A stretch of DNA of 64,000 nt from an uncultured delta proteobacterium (GTDB taxonomy: Bacteria; Myxococcota_A; Polyangia; Polyangiales; Polyangiaceae), in assembly GCA_963716725.1 (NCBI GenBank), contig CAVQUB010000015.1, positions 224,001 to 288,000 on the forward strand, written 5' to 3'. Shown here piece by piece: positions 38,895 through 47,537 of this stretch. Position 1 is the first letter of the stretch. Each line of letters opens with the position of its first letter. The notes beneath the pieces were generated by a model. That model searched no databases. It was not told where the DNA came from and saw only the letters and a list, made by a program, of their open reading frames with translations. Made by a program: the position numbers and the translations under genes.

Positions 38895-40288
38895 GCCAGG
38901 ACGTGTTTGTGCTGGGGGTGGGCATGCTGCGCTTCGGACGCATGCTCGATCGCGGGATCAAGGATCTCGCCCGCGAGGCCCTCGACGCCGCCGTCGCGGA
39001 CGCGAAGATCGAGCCGCGACGCATCGAGGCCGTGTGGTTCTCCAACAGCGGCTGGGGGCTGAACGGCGGGCAGGACTGCATCCGGGGTCAGGTCGCGCTG
39101 GGATCGACCGCGCTCCGGGGCGCGAGCATGATCAACGTCGAGAACGCCTGCGCCGGCGGCGCCAGCGCGCTGCACGGTGCGTTCCTGAGCGTGGCGAGCG
39201 GGGCCTCCGACGTCGCGCTCGCCATTGGCGTCGAGAAGCTCTGTCAGAAGAGTCGGCTCCGGACCTTCGCCAGCTTCCTGGGCGGCATGGAGGTGGCCGC
39301 GCTGCCGGAGCTGATGGAGCGGGCTCGGGAGCTGGCCGCCGATGCGCCAGCTGCGCCCAGCCCCGCGCGTGGCGGCGGCAAGAAGCGACGACAGCGTGCC
39401 AGCTTCGGAGCGCTCTCGCGCACGGCGCTGGACGCAATTGTGATCGCGGATCACTTCCAGCTCGACGTCTTGGATCTGATCCGTCGCGCTGCCGTCGATC
39501 GGGCTCGCAGCCTCGGAAAACCCTCGAACCGCGGAGAAAAGAGCCCGTTCATGGACGTCTACGCGATCGGGGCGCGGCGTCACATGGATCGCTACGGCAG
39601 CACGGCGCGGCAGCTGGCGGTGATCGCCGCCAAGAACCACGCCCACGGCGCGCTCAACCCGCTCGCGCAGATCCAGACCGAGATGAGCGTCGACGACGTG
39701 CTCGGCGATCGCTCGGTCGCGCCACCGCTCACCCGCGCGATGTGCGCGCCGCTGGGCGACGGCGCCGCGGCGGCCATCGTCTGCTCCGAGAGCTTCGCGC
39801 GGGAACACGGCCTGACGCGAGCGGTGCGGATCCGAGCCAGCGTGATCGCGTCGGGAGCGAAGGGCGCGGGCAGCAACGCTCCGGGCATCACCGAGCGCGC
39901 GAGCGCTCGCGCCTACGAGCGCGCCGGCCTCGGACCCGACGCCATCGGCGTTGCCGAGGTGCACGACGCCACGGCCTTCGGCGAGCTGCACCAGAGTGAG
40001 GCCCTCGGTCTTTGTCCCGAAGGGCAGGGCGGCGCCTTCGCGGAGTCCGGCGCCACGAAGCTCGGCGGCGCTCTCCCGCTCAACCCTAGCGGTGGCCTCG
40101 AATGCCGCGGGCATCCCATCGGCGCGTCCGGGTTGGCGCAGATCCACGAGCTGGTCACCCAGCTGCGCGGCGAGGCGGGCCGCCGACAAGTCACGGGGGC
40201 ACGCATCGCGCTGGCGCAGAACGGCGGCGGATTTCTCGGGGAAGAAGAGGCTGCGATGGCCATTCACATCTTGGAGGGACCGAAGTGA
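38891..40288 (+). CDS. SCP-x-type thiolase family protein with long internal insertion
   Basis: NVENACAGG (catalytic Cys), KNHAHG, MCAPLGDGAAA, EVHDA, NPSGGL, RGHPIGASG. Confidence 0.92.
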   Translation: MSQDVFVLGVGMLRFGRMLDRGIKDLAREALDAAVADAKIEPRRIEAVWFSNSGWGLNGGQDCIRGQVALGSTALRGASMINVENACAGGASALHGAFLSVASGASDVALAIGVEKLCQKSRLRTFASFLGGMEVAALPELMERARELAADAPAAPSPARGGGKKRRQRASFGALSRTALDAIVIADHFQLDVLDLIRRAAVDRARSLGKPSNRGEKSPFMDVYAIGARRHMDRYGSTARQLAVIAAKNHAHGALNPLAQIQTEMSVDDVLGDRSVAPPLTRAMCAPLGDGAAAAIVCSESFAREHGLTRAVRIRASVIASGAKGAGSNAPGITERASARAYERAGLGPDAIGVAEVHDATAFGELHQSEALGLCPEGQGGAFAESGATKLGGALPLNPSGGLECRGHPIGASGLAQIHELVTQLRGEAGRRQVTGARIALAQNGGGFLGEEEAAMAIHILEGPK

Positions 40289-41983
40289 CCACGAGCATCG
40301 ACTCGAAGCGCCGCTGGGCGGCGGGCAAGCAGATTGGGCGTGCGCTCTTGCGCACGCTGAGATGCCGAATCGCAGCTGGCACCCTCGGCGCCACGCTGTC
40401 GGCGAGCTTTCGCGCGCGCACGCTGGCCTTCGTCGAGGAGCCGACCTTCGCCGAGCTCTTGGCCGAGCGCGCCCGGCAGCAGCCCAGCCACGAGTTTCTG
40501 CGATTCGAGGATCAGCGGCTGACGCTGGGCGAGCTCGACGCGCGCGTGAACGCGGTGTGTGCGGGCCTCGGTGCGCTCGCCCGTCCGGGCGACAACGTGG
40601 CCATCATGAGCCCCAACTGCCCGGCCTTCCTCGAAGCCTTCTTCGCGGTGCAGCGTCTCGGGCTCGGCACCGTGCCAGTGAACACGGCGCTGGTGGGCGA
40701 CGGGCTGGCTCACGTGCTCACCAGCTCGAAGGCTCGAGTGATCTTCGTGCATCGGGAGCTGCTGCCCCAGCTCGAACAGGTGCGCAGTCGGTTGCCCGAT
40801 CTCGAGCATGTCGTGCTCATCACCGAGGGAGACGAGGTCGACGGTTCGCTGGAGGCCATGCGCCGCGATCACCGCGGGGCCGCGCCGCCGAGCCAAAGGC
40901 CTGATCCCGACGCGGTGGCGCTGCTCATGTACACCTCGGGCACGACGGGCTCCGCCAAGGGCGTGGTCTATCGCTACCGCGACTCGAACACCAAGCGGCT
41001 GCGTCTGCTCTCGCACCTGCTCTACGAGCCCGGCGAAGTGCTCTACACCTGCCTGCCGCTGTTCCACGCCAACGCGCTGTTGCTCACGACCGTCATGGCC
41101 CTCGACATGGGCGCGAGCATCGGCCTCGGTCGTCGCTTCAGCGCGAGCCGCTTCTGGCAAGAGATGAGCGAGCTGGGCGGCACGAGCTTCAACGCGCTGG
41201 GCGCCATGATCCCCATCCTGCTCAAGCAGCCGGCGGGCGAGTTCGATCGCAACCACCGCGTGCGCTTGGTGGTCAGCGCGGCCTGTCCCACCGAGGTCTG
41301 GCGCCCCTTCGAAGAACGCTTCGGCCTGCGCCTCGTCGAGGCCTACGGCGCCGTCGATGGCGGCGGCTTCATCACCATGAACCTCGGCAACGCGCCGGTC
41401 AGGATCGATCGGCAAGCCGCTGGGCGGCAAGTACCGCCTGGTGACCGAGGCCGGCGACGAGCCCCGGCCGGGAACGCCGGGGGAGCTCTGGATTTGGACC
41501 GGCAAGCGCCGCGAGCGCTCGGTCGAGTATTACCGAGACGACAAGGCGACCGGGGACAAACACAAGGACGGCTGGATCTGCACCGGCGATCTCTTGCGCC
41601 GAGACGAACAGGGCAATCTCTACTTCGTCGGGCGCCGCGGCGACTCGATGCGGCGCCGCGGGGAGAACGTCTCGGCCCACGAGGTGGAGAGCGTGATCGC
41701 CGAGCACCCCGACGTGCTCGAGTGCGCGGTGTTCGGCGTGCCCAGTGATTTGGGCGAAGACGACATCATGGCGGTGGTGGTGCCCATCGAAGGCCGCGCG
41801 GTCGATCCCGCTGAGGTCCGGCGCTTCATCGAGCCGCGGCTCGCGCGCCACGCCTGGCCCCGCTACCTCGAGATCACGGCCGAGCTGCCCAAGACCGGCA
41901 CCCACCGCGTACAGAAGAGCGATCTCAAACGGCGGGGCCCGGGTCCCGCGACCTGGGACGCGGATCGGGGAGGGGGGGCGTGA
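40285..41983 (+). CDS. AMP-binding acyl-CoA ligase (CaiC-like), split by one extra A at 41401 (probable sequencing error)
   Basis: YTSGTTGSAKG, LPLFHAN, EAYG, TGDL, RRRGENVS, LPKTGTHRVQK. Removing A41401 gives APVGSIGKP. Confidence 0.9.
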
Positions 41984-42990
41984 AGCTCGCCATCACCGGC
42001 GTCGCCGGCTACATCGGGCGGCTCTTCGCCGAGCGCGTGGTCCAGGAGCGAGTCGCCGAGCGCGTGGTCGGCATCGACGTCGCTCCGGTGAGCTTCGCCG
42101 AGAGCCAGCTCCACTACGTGCAGCGCGACGTGCGCGATCCGCTGCTCGCGCGCGACCTCGCCGGCTCGGACGCGGTCGTGCACTTCGCGTTCATCGTCGA
42201 GACCCTGCGCGATCGCCGGCTGATGTACGACGTGAACGTGCACGGCACGCGCAACGTGTTGTCGGCTTGCGAGCAGAATGGCGTGAAGACCCTGATCGTC
42301 GCCAGCAGCATCGCCGCCTACGGCGTGCAGCAGGACCACGTCATCACCGAGGCCACGCCCTGCCTGGGTGACGCTCGGAGCTTCTACGGGCACACCAAGC
42401 GCCTGGTCGAAGACGAGCTCGACGTGTTCGCGGCCCGAAACCCCCAGGTGCGGCTGGTGCGGGTGCGCCCCAGCGTGGTCCTCGGTCCGCGCTGCAACAC
42501 CTGGGCTCTCGCCGCCATGGCGGAGCTCGGTCGCTTCGACACGCGGCGCGGCATGCGCCTGCCGGTGATCCACGAGGAAGACGTGGTCGAGGTCTTCATC
42601 CGCGCGCTGACGCGACCGGTGAGCGGCCCGCTGCTGGTGGCGCATCGCGAGTCGCTCACCATGCGCGAGGTGGCGCCGCTGCTCGGACGAAAGCCGATGG
42701 TGCTGCCGGCGAGCTGGCTGCTCCGGCTCGGCGACGCGGCCTTCGCTCGGGGGCTCACCCGCATCTCGAGTGACTGGCTCTCGCTCACGGTGGAGAACAC
42801 TCACCGCTACGATCCGAGCGTCACCGAAGCAAAGCTCGACTGGAAACCCCGACACAGCCAGCTCGACGCGCTGCGCGCCACGCTGGCGACCAGCGCGCGG
42901 CTCAGCGCTGCGGGCGTGCGTTTCGACTCCAAGACCGATCGACTGGAGGGCACTCGATACGCCCTCGAAAGCCCGGAAGGACAGCCATGA
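41980..42990 (+). CDS. Extended SDR / NAD-dependent epimerase-dehydratase (3-beta-HSD-like)
   Basis: TGVAGYIG, VNVHGT, SSIAAYG, YGHTK (YxxxK). Confidence 0.9.
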   Translation: MKLAITGVAGYIGRLFAERVVQERVAERVVGIDVAPVSFAESQLHYVQRDVRDPLLARDLAGSDAVVHFAFIVETLRDRRLMYDVNVHGTRNVLSACEQNGVKTLIVASSIAAYGVQQDHVITEATPCLGDARSFYGHTKRLVEDELDVFAARNPQVRLVRVRPSVVLGPRCNTWALAAMAELGRFDTRRGMRLPVIHEEDVVEVFIRALTRPVSGPLLVAHRESLTMREVAPLLGRKPMVLPASWLLRLGDAAFARGLTRISSDWLSLTVENTHRYDPSVTEAKLDWKPRHSQLDALRATLATSARLSAAGVRFDSKTDRLEGTRYALESPEGQP

Positions 42991-44510
42991 AGCACTTCGA
43001 TCCCGAGGCATTCACCGCGACCAGCGAGCAGAGTTTCGCGCAGCTGTACCCGGCGCTGGCGGCGATCGGCGCCCACCGCCCGCAGCTCTTGAAGGACTTC
43101 GAGCGCATCTTGCGCGACGCGCGGCGCTTCCGGCGCGAGCAGATTGAACCAAACGCGCTCCGCGTCGAGCGCGCGGTCATGCAAAATCCCGAGTACGTCG
43201 CCGAGGACGTGATCCGCGCCGCCTGCGAGTACGGCTTCTTCAGCACCATGATCCCCCGGGCCTTCGGCGGCGCGGGGCTCTCGTTCGGCGCGATGATCAT
43301 CGCCATGGAGGAGCTCGGGGCGGGCTGCCTCGGGATCTCGAACCTGATCGGCGTGCACGGGCTCGCGCTGGCGACCGTGTCGGCGACCGGGGATCTCGGC
43401 GCCATGGAGAAGCTGTCGCGCCTGCTCACGAACGGCGAGCGCGTGGGGCGACCCCACCTGCTCAGCACCGGCATCACCGAGCCGAGCGCCGGCACCGACG
43501 TCGAGGACGTGGACTTCTTGCGCACCGCGCGCCTGGTCTCGGAAGCAACCCCGGTGCGCGGCGGCTACCGCGTCAACGGGCGCAAGGTGTTCATCTCCAA
43601 CGGCAGCATCGCGCAGACGCACGTGGTGATCTTGCCGACGGATCGCAAGCGTCCCGTCGAGACGACCTTCGCGTTCATGATCGACTCGACCACGCCCGGG
43701 TTCCGGGTCGGCCGGGTCGAGCGCAAGATGGGCCAGAAGGCCTGCCCCGCCGTGGAGCTGGTCTTCGAGGACTGCTTCATCCCGGAAGCCGCCCGCATTC
43801 ACGGCAAGCCGCTGCCCGGGCAATCCATCGAGCTGGTGCTCGGCGCGACCCGGGGCGGCGTGGGCGCTTGGGGCACCGCCGCGGCGCGCGGCGCCTTCGA
43901 ACGCGCGCTCGCGCACGCCAAGACCCGACGCCTCGGCGGGCGCTTCCTCATCGACCACCAGTGGGTGCAGATCAAACTGGCGGACATGCAGCGGAACGTG
44001 ATGCTCGCGCGGGCGAGCTACGTCGACGCCATGCTCTCGAACGAGCTCTTTGGGCTGTCGCTGTTGGCCTCGAAGAAGGGCATGAACGATCTCCAGCGCC
44101 TGATGCCCCGGAGCGTGCTCGACAGCTCGCCCGTGAAGAAAGTCATGACCTCCCGGCGCGCGCGCGAGGGGTTTCAGTCCGCCATCGACGAGCTCGAAGA
44201 CTGGGAAGTGGACACGGCGAGCGCGCACGGCGCGGCGACCAAGGTCTCGTGCACGGATCTCGGGATGCAGAACTGTCACCTGGCTCTCGACGTCTTCGGC
44301 GCCGCCGGGCTCCGACACGAAGCGGGCATCGAGAAGATCTACCGCGACGCGAAGCTGCTTCAGATCTACGAAGGCACCAACCAGCTCAACCGCATCGAGC
44401 TCTACAAACGCGGGGTGAACCGCGGAGCGACGGGCATCGATCTGGAGCCGCCGCCACCGAGACCGGAGCCCGAAGTCGCGCGCGACGACGTGATGGAGGC
44501 GCGATCATGA
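42987..44510 (+). CDS. Acyl-CoA dehydrogenase (catalytic Glu retained, C-terminal insertion)
   Basis: ITEPSAGTD, NGRKVFISNG, KMGQKA, RDAKLLQIYEGTNQ. Confidence 0.93.
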   Translation: MKHFDPEAFTATSEQSFAQLYPALAAIGAHRPQLLKDFERILRDARRFRREQIEPNALRVERAVMQNPEYVAEDVIRAACEYGFFSTMIPRAFGGAGLSFGAMIIAMEELGAGCLGISNLIGVHGLALATVSATGDLGAMEKLSRLLTNGERVGRPHLLSTGITEPSAGTDVEDVDFLRTARLVSEATPVRGGYRVNGRKVFISNGSIAQTHVVILPTDRKRPVETTFAFMIDSTTPGFRVGRVERKMGQKACPAVELVFEDCFIPEAARIHGKPLPGQSIELVLGATRGGVGAWGTAAARGAFERALAHAKTRRLGGRFLIDHQWVQIKLADMQRNVMLARASYVDAMLSNELFGLSLLASKKGMNDLQRLMPRSVLDSSPVKKVMTSRRAREGFQSAIDELEDWEVDTASAHGAATKVSCTDLGMQNCHLALDVFGAAGLRHEAGIEKIYRDAKLLQIYEGTNQLNRIELYKRGVNRGATGIDLEPPPPRPEPEVARDDVMEARS

Positions 44511-45562
44511 GCGACATCGATCTGATCCGTGACAGCGTTCGCCGCTTTGCCCGGGAGGTCGTCGGCCCGGCGCTCGGCGATCTGAACCACTTCCCCGACC
44601 GGCCGCTGCCGGCGGCCATCGTGCCGGGGCTCGTCGAGCTGGGGCTGCTCGACGACGAGGTCGATCCCACGCTGCTCTCGGCGGCGCTCTCGGAGCTCGC
44701 CGAGTTTGCAGCGGCGCCGGCGACCTTGGTGCTCGCCCACGCCTTCGCTCGGCAGTTGGTGCGCGAGGCGGGGGGCGATCGCGCCAAGGCGCTGCTCGCG
44801 GTCAACGGCGGCGGGCTCTTCGCAGCTCCGCTCTACGCCGAGCCCGACCTCGCCGACGACGCGCCGGCGTTCCGACGCGTCGGTGATCAAATCGAGCTCG
44901 ACGGCGTCGCGAGCTTGGTGGTGAACGCGCCGCTGGCTCGGGTCTTGGTGCTGCCCGTGCGTGACCGCCGCGACGGCTCCGGTTGGGTCGCCGTCGAGTC
45001 GAACGAGCCCGGCGTCGTCGTCGGCGAGCCGCTGCTCACGCTCGGCATGCGCGGCTGCCCGACGGCCGACGTGAGCTTCGCCAGGGCACGCTTCCCAGCC
45101 GATCGACTGATCTGCACTTCGGCGGACGCCGCCTCGCGGGCGGCGCGCCGGCTGCGCGGCCCCGGCGTCGCGATCTCGGCCGGCATCCTGACCAGCTCCG
45201 TGCGCACCGCGACCGAGTACGCCCACGAGCGCTACCAGGGCGGCGGCTTGATCATCGAGCACCAAGAGGTGCGCGCCATCCTGGGTCGCATGATCGAGGA
45301 TCAAGCGCTGTGTCAGGAGTCCAGCGCGCTGCTCTGCCAAGAGTCCCTCCCGGACTGGCGATCGCTGGCGCTGTTCCTCCGGGCCAAGGAGCGCGCGGCC
45401 CACGCGGCCTGCGACGGCGTGCAGCTGCTCGGTGGCAACGGTTACATGGAGGACTACGCGCAGGAGCGCGCCATGCGCGACGCCAAGCAGGCGCAGTTCT
45501 TCTTCGGCCGTACCGACGTGGCCCGCCAAGACCTGACGCGCATCCAAGGAGCCGCGCTGTGA
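44507..45562 (+). CDS. Short, degenerate acyl-CoA dehydrogenase-like subunit
   Basis: TLGMRGCP, ERYQGG, QLLGGNGYMEDY..ERAMRDA present. TEP.GSD and IYEG are absent (QFFFG). Start ATG 44507 overlaps the previous stop. Confidence 0.85.
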   Translation: MSDIDLIRDSVRRFAREVVGPALGDLNHFPDRPLPAAIVPGLVELGLLDDEVDPTLLSAALSELAEFAAAPATLVLAHAFARQLVREAGGDRAKALLAVNGGGLFAAPLYAEPDLADDAPAFRRVGDQIELDGVASLVVNAPLARVLVLPVRDRRDGSGWVAVESNEPGVVVGEPLLTLGMRGCPTADVSFARARFPADRLICTSADAASRAARRLRGPGVAISAGILTSSVRTATEYAHERYQGGGLIIEHQEVRAILGRMIEDQALCQESSALLCQESLPDWRSLALFLRAKERAAHAACDGVQLLGGNGYMEDYAQERAMRDAKQAQFFFGRTDVARQDLTRIQGAAL

Positions 45563-46578
45563 AGCTCGACAATCGACGCTATCCCGAGACGCGCTTCGCG
45601 CGCTTCGTGGTGGACCCAGACAAATGCGATGCGTGTCGGAAGTGCGTGGACACCTGTCCGGGCCAGCTGCTCGAATTGGTGGACGACCTGCCCGTGAATC
45701 GACACGACACTGGCAAGTCGAAGTTGGGCTGCATCGGGTGCAAGAACTGCTTCGCGATCTGCCCCGAAGGCGCCATCGAGATCCGTGGCTACTACCGGGT
45801 CGAGGGCGGTTTCTACGAGACCCAACTCCGCCCGCCGACCCTGCCCAACCCCTTCGGCGAGGCCGAAGCGCCGGCCTTCGACCAGCTCGAGCCGCGTCTC
45901 ACGCCGGTCGAGAAGGTGATCTACACCCGGCGATCCAACCGGCTCTACAAGAAGAAGAAGGTTCCGGAAGAGCTCTTGCGCCGGGTGGTCGAGGCCGGGC
46001 GCTTCGCCCCGAGTCAGGGCAACAGCCAGCCCTGGAGCTTCGTCGTGATCAGCGACCGCGATCTGATCGATCGCATCGGCACCGAGTGCGGCAAGCGCGT
46101 GGCGCCGGTCTCGAAGCTCTACCTGGAGAACGGCGGCAAGCAGGGTTGGCTCAAGACCCTGGCGGTCAACGCGCTCTCGCGCCTGACGCCCAACAACTTC
46201 GATCAGCGCCTGGCGCACGGCATCGACACCGTCGTCTCGAATGAGAAATGGGACATGTTCTTGCACGCGCCGGCGCTGATCATCGTGCTCGGCGACAAGC
46301 GCAGCATCGGCGAGCCGCTGATCGACGCCACGCTCGCGGCCCACAACATCGTGCTCGCGGCCCACTCCCTGGGCCTCGGCACCTGCTACGTCGGCTTCGT
46401 GAAGATGCTCAACACGCTGCCCGATCTGAAGCGTGAGCTGGGCATCGAGTGGCCCTACAAGGTGATGACCTCCATCGCCATCGGCTACCCGCGCTCGCGC
46501 ACGGACAAGGCGGTGGCGCGCGAGCGCCCCAAGGTGACGTGGTTCCCGGCCGATCGCTCGGGGCCCCGGAAGGAGTGA
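45559..46578 (+). CDS. Nitroreductase family flavoprotein with N-terminal 2x[4Fe-4S] ferredoxin domain
   Basis: CDACRKCVDTCP, CIGCKNCFAICP, RRSNR, APSQGNSQPW, LAAHSLGLGTC. Confidence 0.92.
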   Translation: MKLDNRRYPETRFARFVVDPDKCDACRKCVDTCPGQLLELVDDLPVNRHDTGKSKLGCIGCKNCFAICPEGAIEIRGYYRVEGGFYETQLRPPTLPNPFGEAEAPAFDQLEPRLTPVEKVIYTRRSNRLYKKKKVPEELLRRVVEAGRFAPSQGNSQPWSFVVISDRDLIDRIGTECGKRVAPVSKLYLENGGKQGWLKTLAVNALSRLTPNNFDQRLAHGIDTVVSNEKWDMFLHAPALIIVLGDKRSIGEPLIDATLAAHNIVLAAHSLGLGTCYVGFVKMLNTLPDLKRELGIEWPYKVMTSIAIGYPRSRTDKAVARERPKVTWFPADRSGPRKE

Positions 46579-47537
46579 TGTCGATGACCCACCCGGATTT
46601 TCCCTTCGAGTCTCGCTTCGTCTCGGTCGACGGCCAACGGCTGCACTACGTCGACGAAGGTCGCGGCGAGCCGATCTTGATGCTGCACGGCAACCCGACC
46701 TGGTCCTACCTCTACCGGCACTTCATCCGGGATTTGCGCGGAGATTTCCGCTGCCTCGCCCTCGATCATCTGGGCTACGGCTACTCGGAGAAGCCGCCCC
46801 ACGGGGACTACTCGATGCGGGCCCACATCATGCGGCTTCAGGGCGTGGTCTCGAAGCTGGGCCTGAAAGATCTCACGCTGGTCGTGCAGGACTGGGGCGG
46901 CATCATCGGCCTGGGCTGGGCCGCGCGCAACAAACACCTGGTCAAGCGCCTGGTGATCATGAACACCACCGGCTTCCCGCTGCCGTCTCGCAGGACGCTG
47001 CTCGAGATGAAGCCCAAGCCCTGGGGCCTGCTCATGCTCTACCCGCTCAAGCTGCCCGGTCTCGGTGAGGCCTTCGTGCAAGGCGCCAACGGGTTTGTGA
47101 AGGGGCTCTTGCCAGCGGGCATCCACCACCGCGAGCGGCTCGACTCGGCCGCGATGCGCGGCTACCTCGATCCGTACCCGACCTGGGGAAGCCGTCGCGC
47201 GCACCTGGCGAGCGTGCGTCAGATCCCGCTCTCGCCGCGTCATCCGACCTGGCGCCTCTTGCAGGAGATCGGCGCCGAGCTCGACGGCTGGACCGTGCCC
47301 ACACAGCTGGTCTGGGGCATGCGCGATCCGGTCTTCGTGCCCTGGTTCCTCGAGGAGTTCGAGCGGCGGCTGCCGAACCACGAGCCGAGCGTGAAGATCG
47401 ACGACGCCAGCCACTTCCTGCAAGACGACCGGCCCGACCTCGTCGTGCCGGTGATCCGGGACTTCATGCACAAAACCACCGCCAAAGCCCAGCCCACGAC
47501 CTCCGCCCAGGCCGCCACCTCGAGGATGAACCCATGA
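46578..47537 (+). CDS. Alpha/beta hydrolase, haloalkane dehalogenase/OleB-like
   Basis: LHGNPTWSYLYR, QDWGG (Asp nucleophile), WGMRDPVF, ASHFLQDD (His). Confidence 0.9.
   Translation: MSMTHPDFPFESRFVSVDGQRLHYVDEGRGEPILMLHGNPTWSYLYRHFIRDLRGDFRCLALDHLGYGYSEKPPHGDYSMRAHIMRLQGVVSKLGLKDLTLVVQDWGGIIGLGWAARNKHLVKRLVIMNTTGFPLPSRRTLLEMKPKPWGLLMLYPLKLPGLGEAFVQGANGFVKGLLPAGIHHRERLDSAAMRGYLDPYPTWGSRRAHLASVRQIPLSPRHPTWRLLQEIGAELDGWTVPTQLVWGMRDPVFVPWFLEEFERRLPNHEPSVKIDDASHFLQDDRPDLVVPVIRDFMHKTTAKAQPTTSAQAATSRMNP

Noticed and set aside
43868..46577. Long N-terminal extensions on ORF-track calls 43868, 44983 and 46449 (also 40102, 18505 and 5419..6756)
   Set aside because: The true starts are fixed by stop/start overlaps and SD sequences. 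The extensions are out-of-frame readings of upstream genes.
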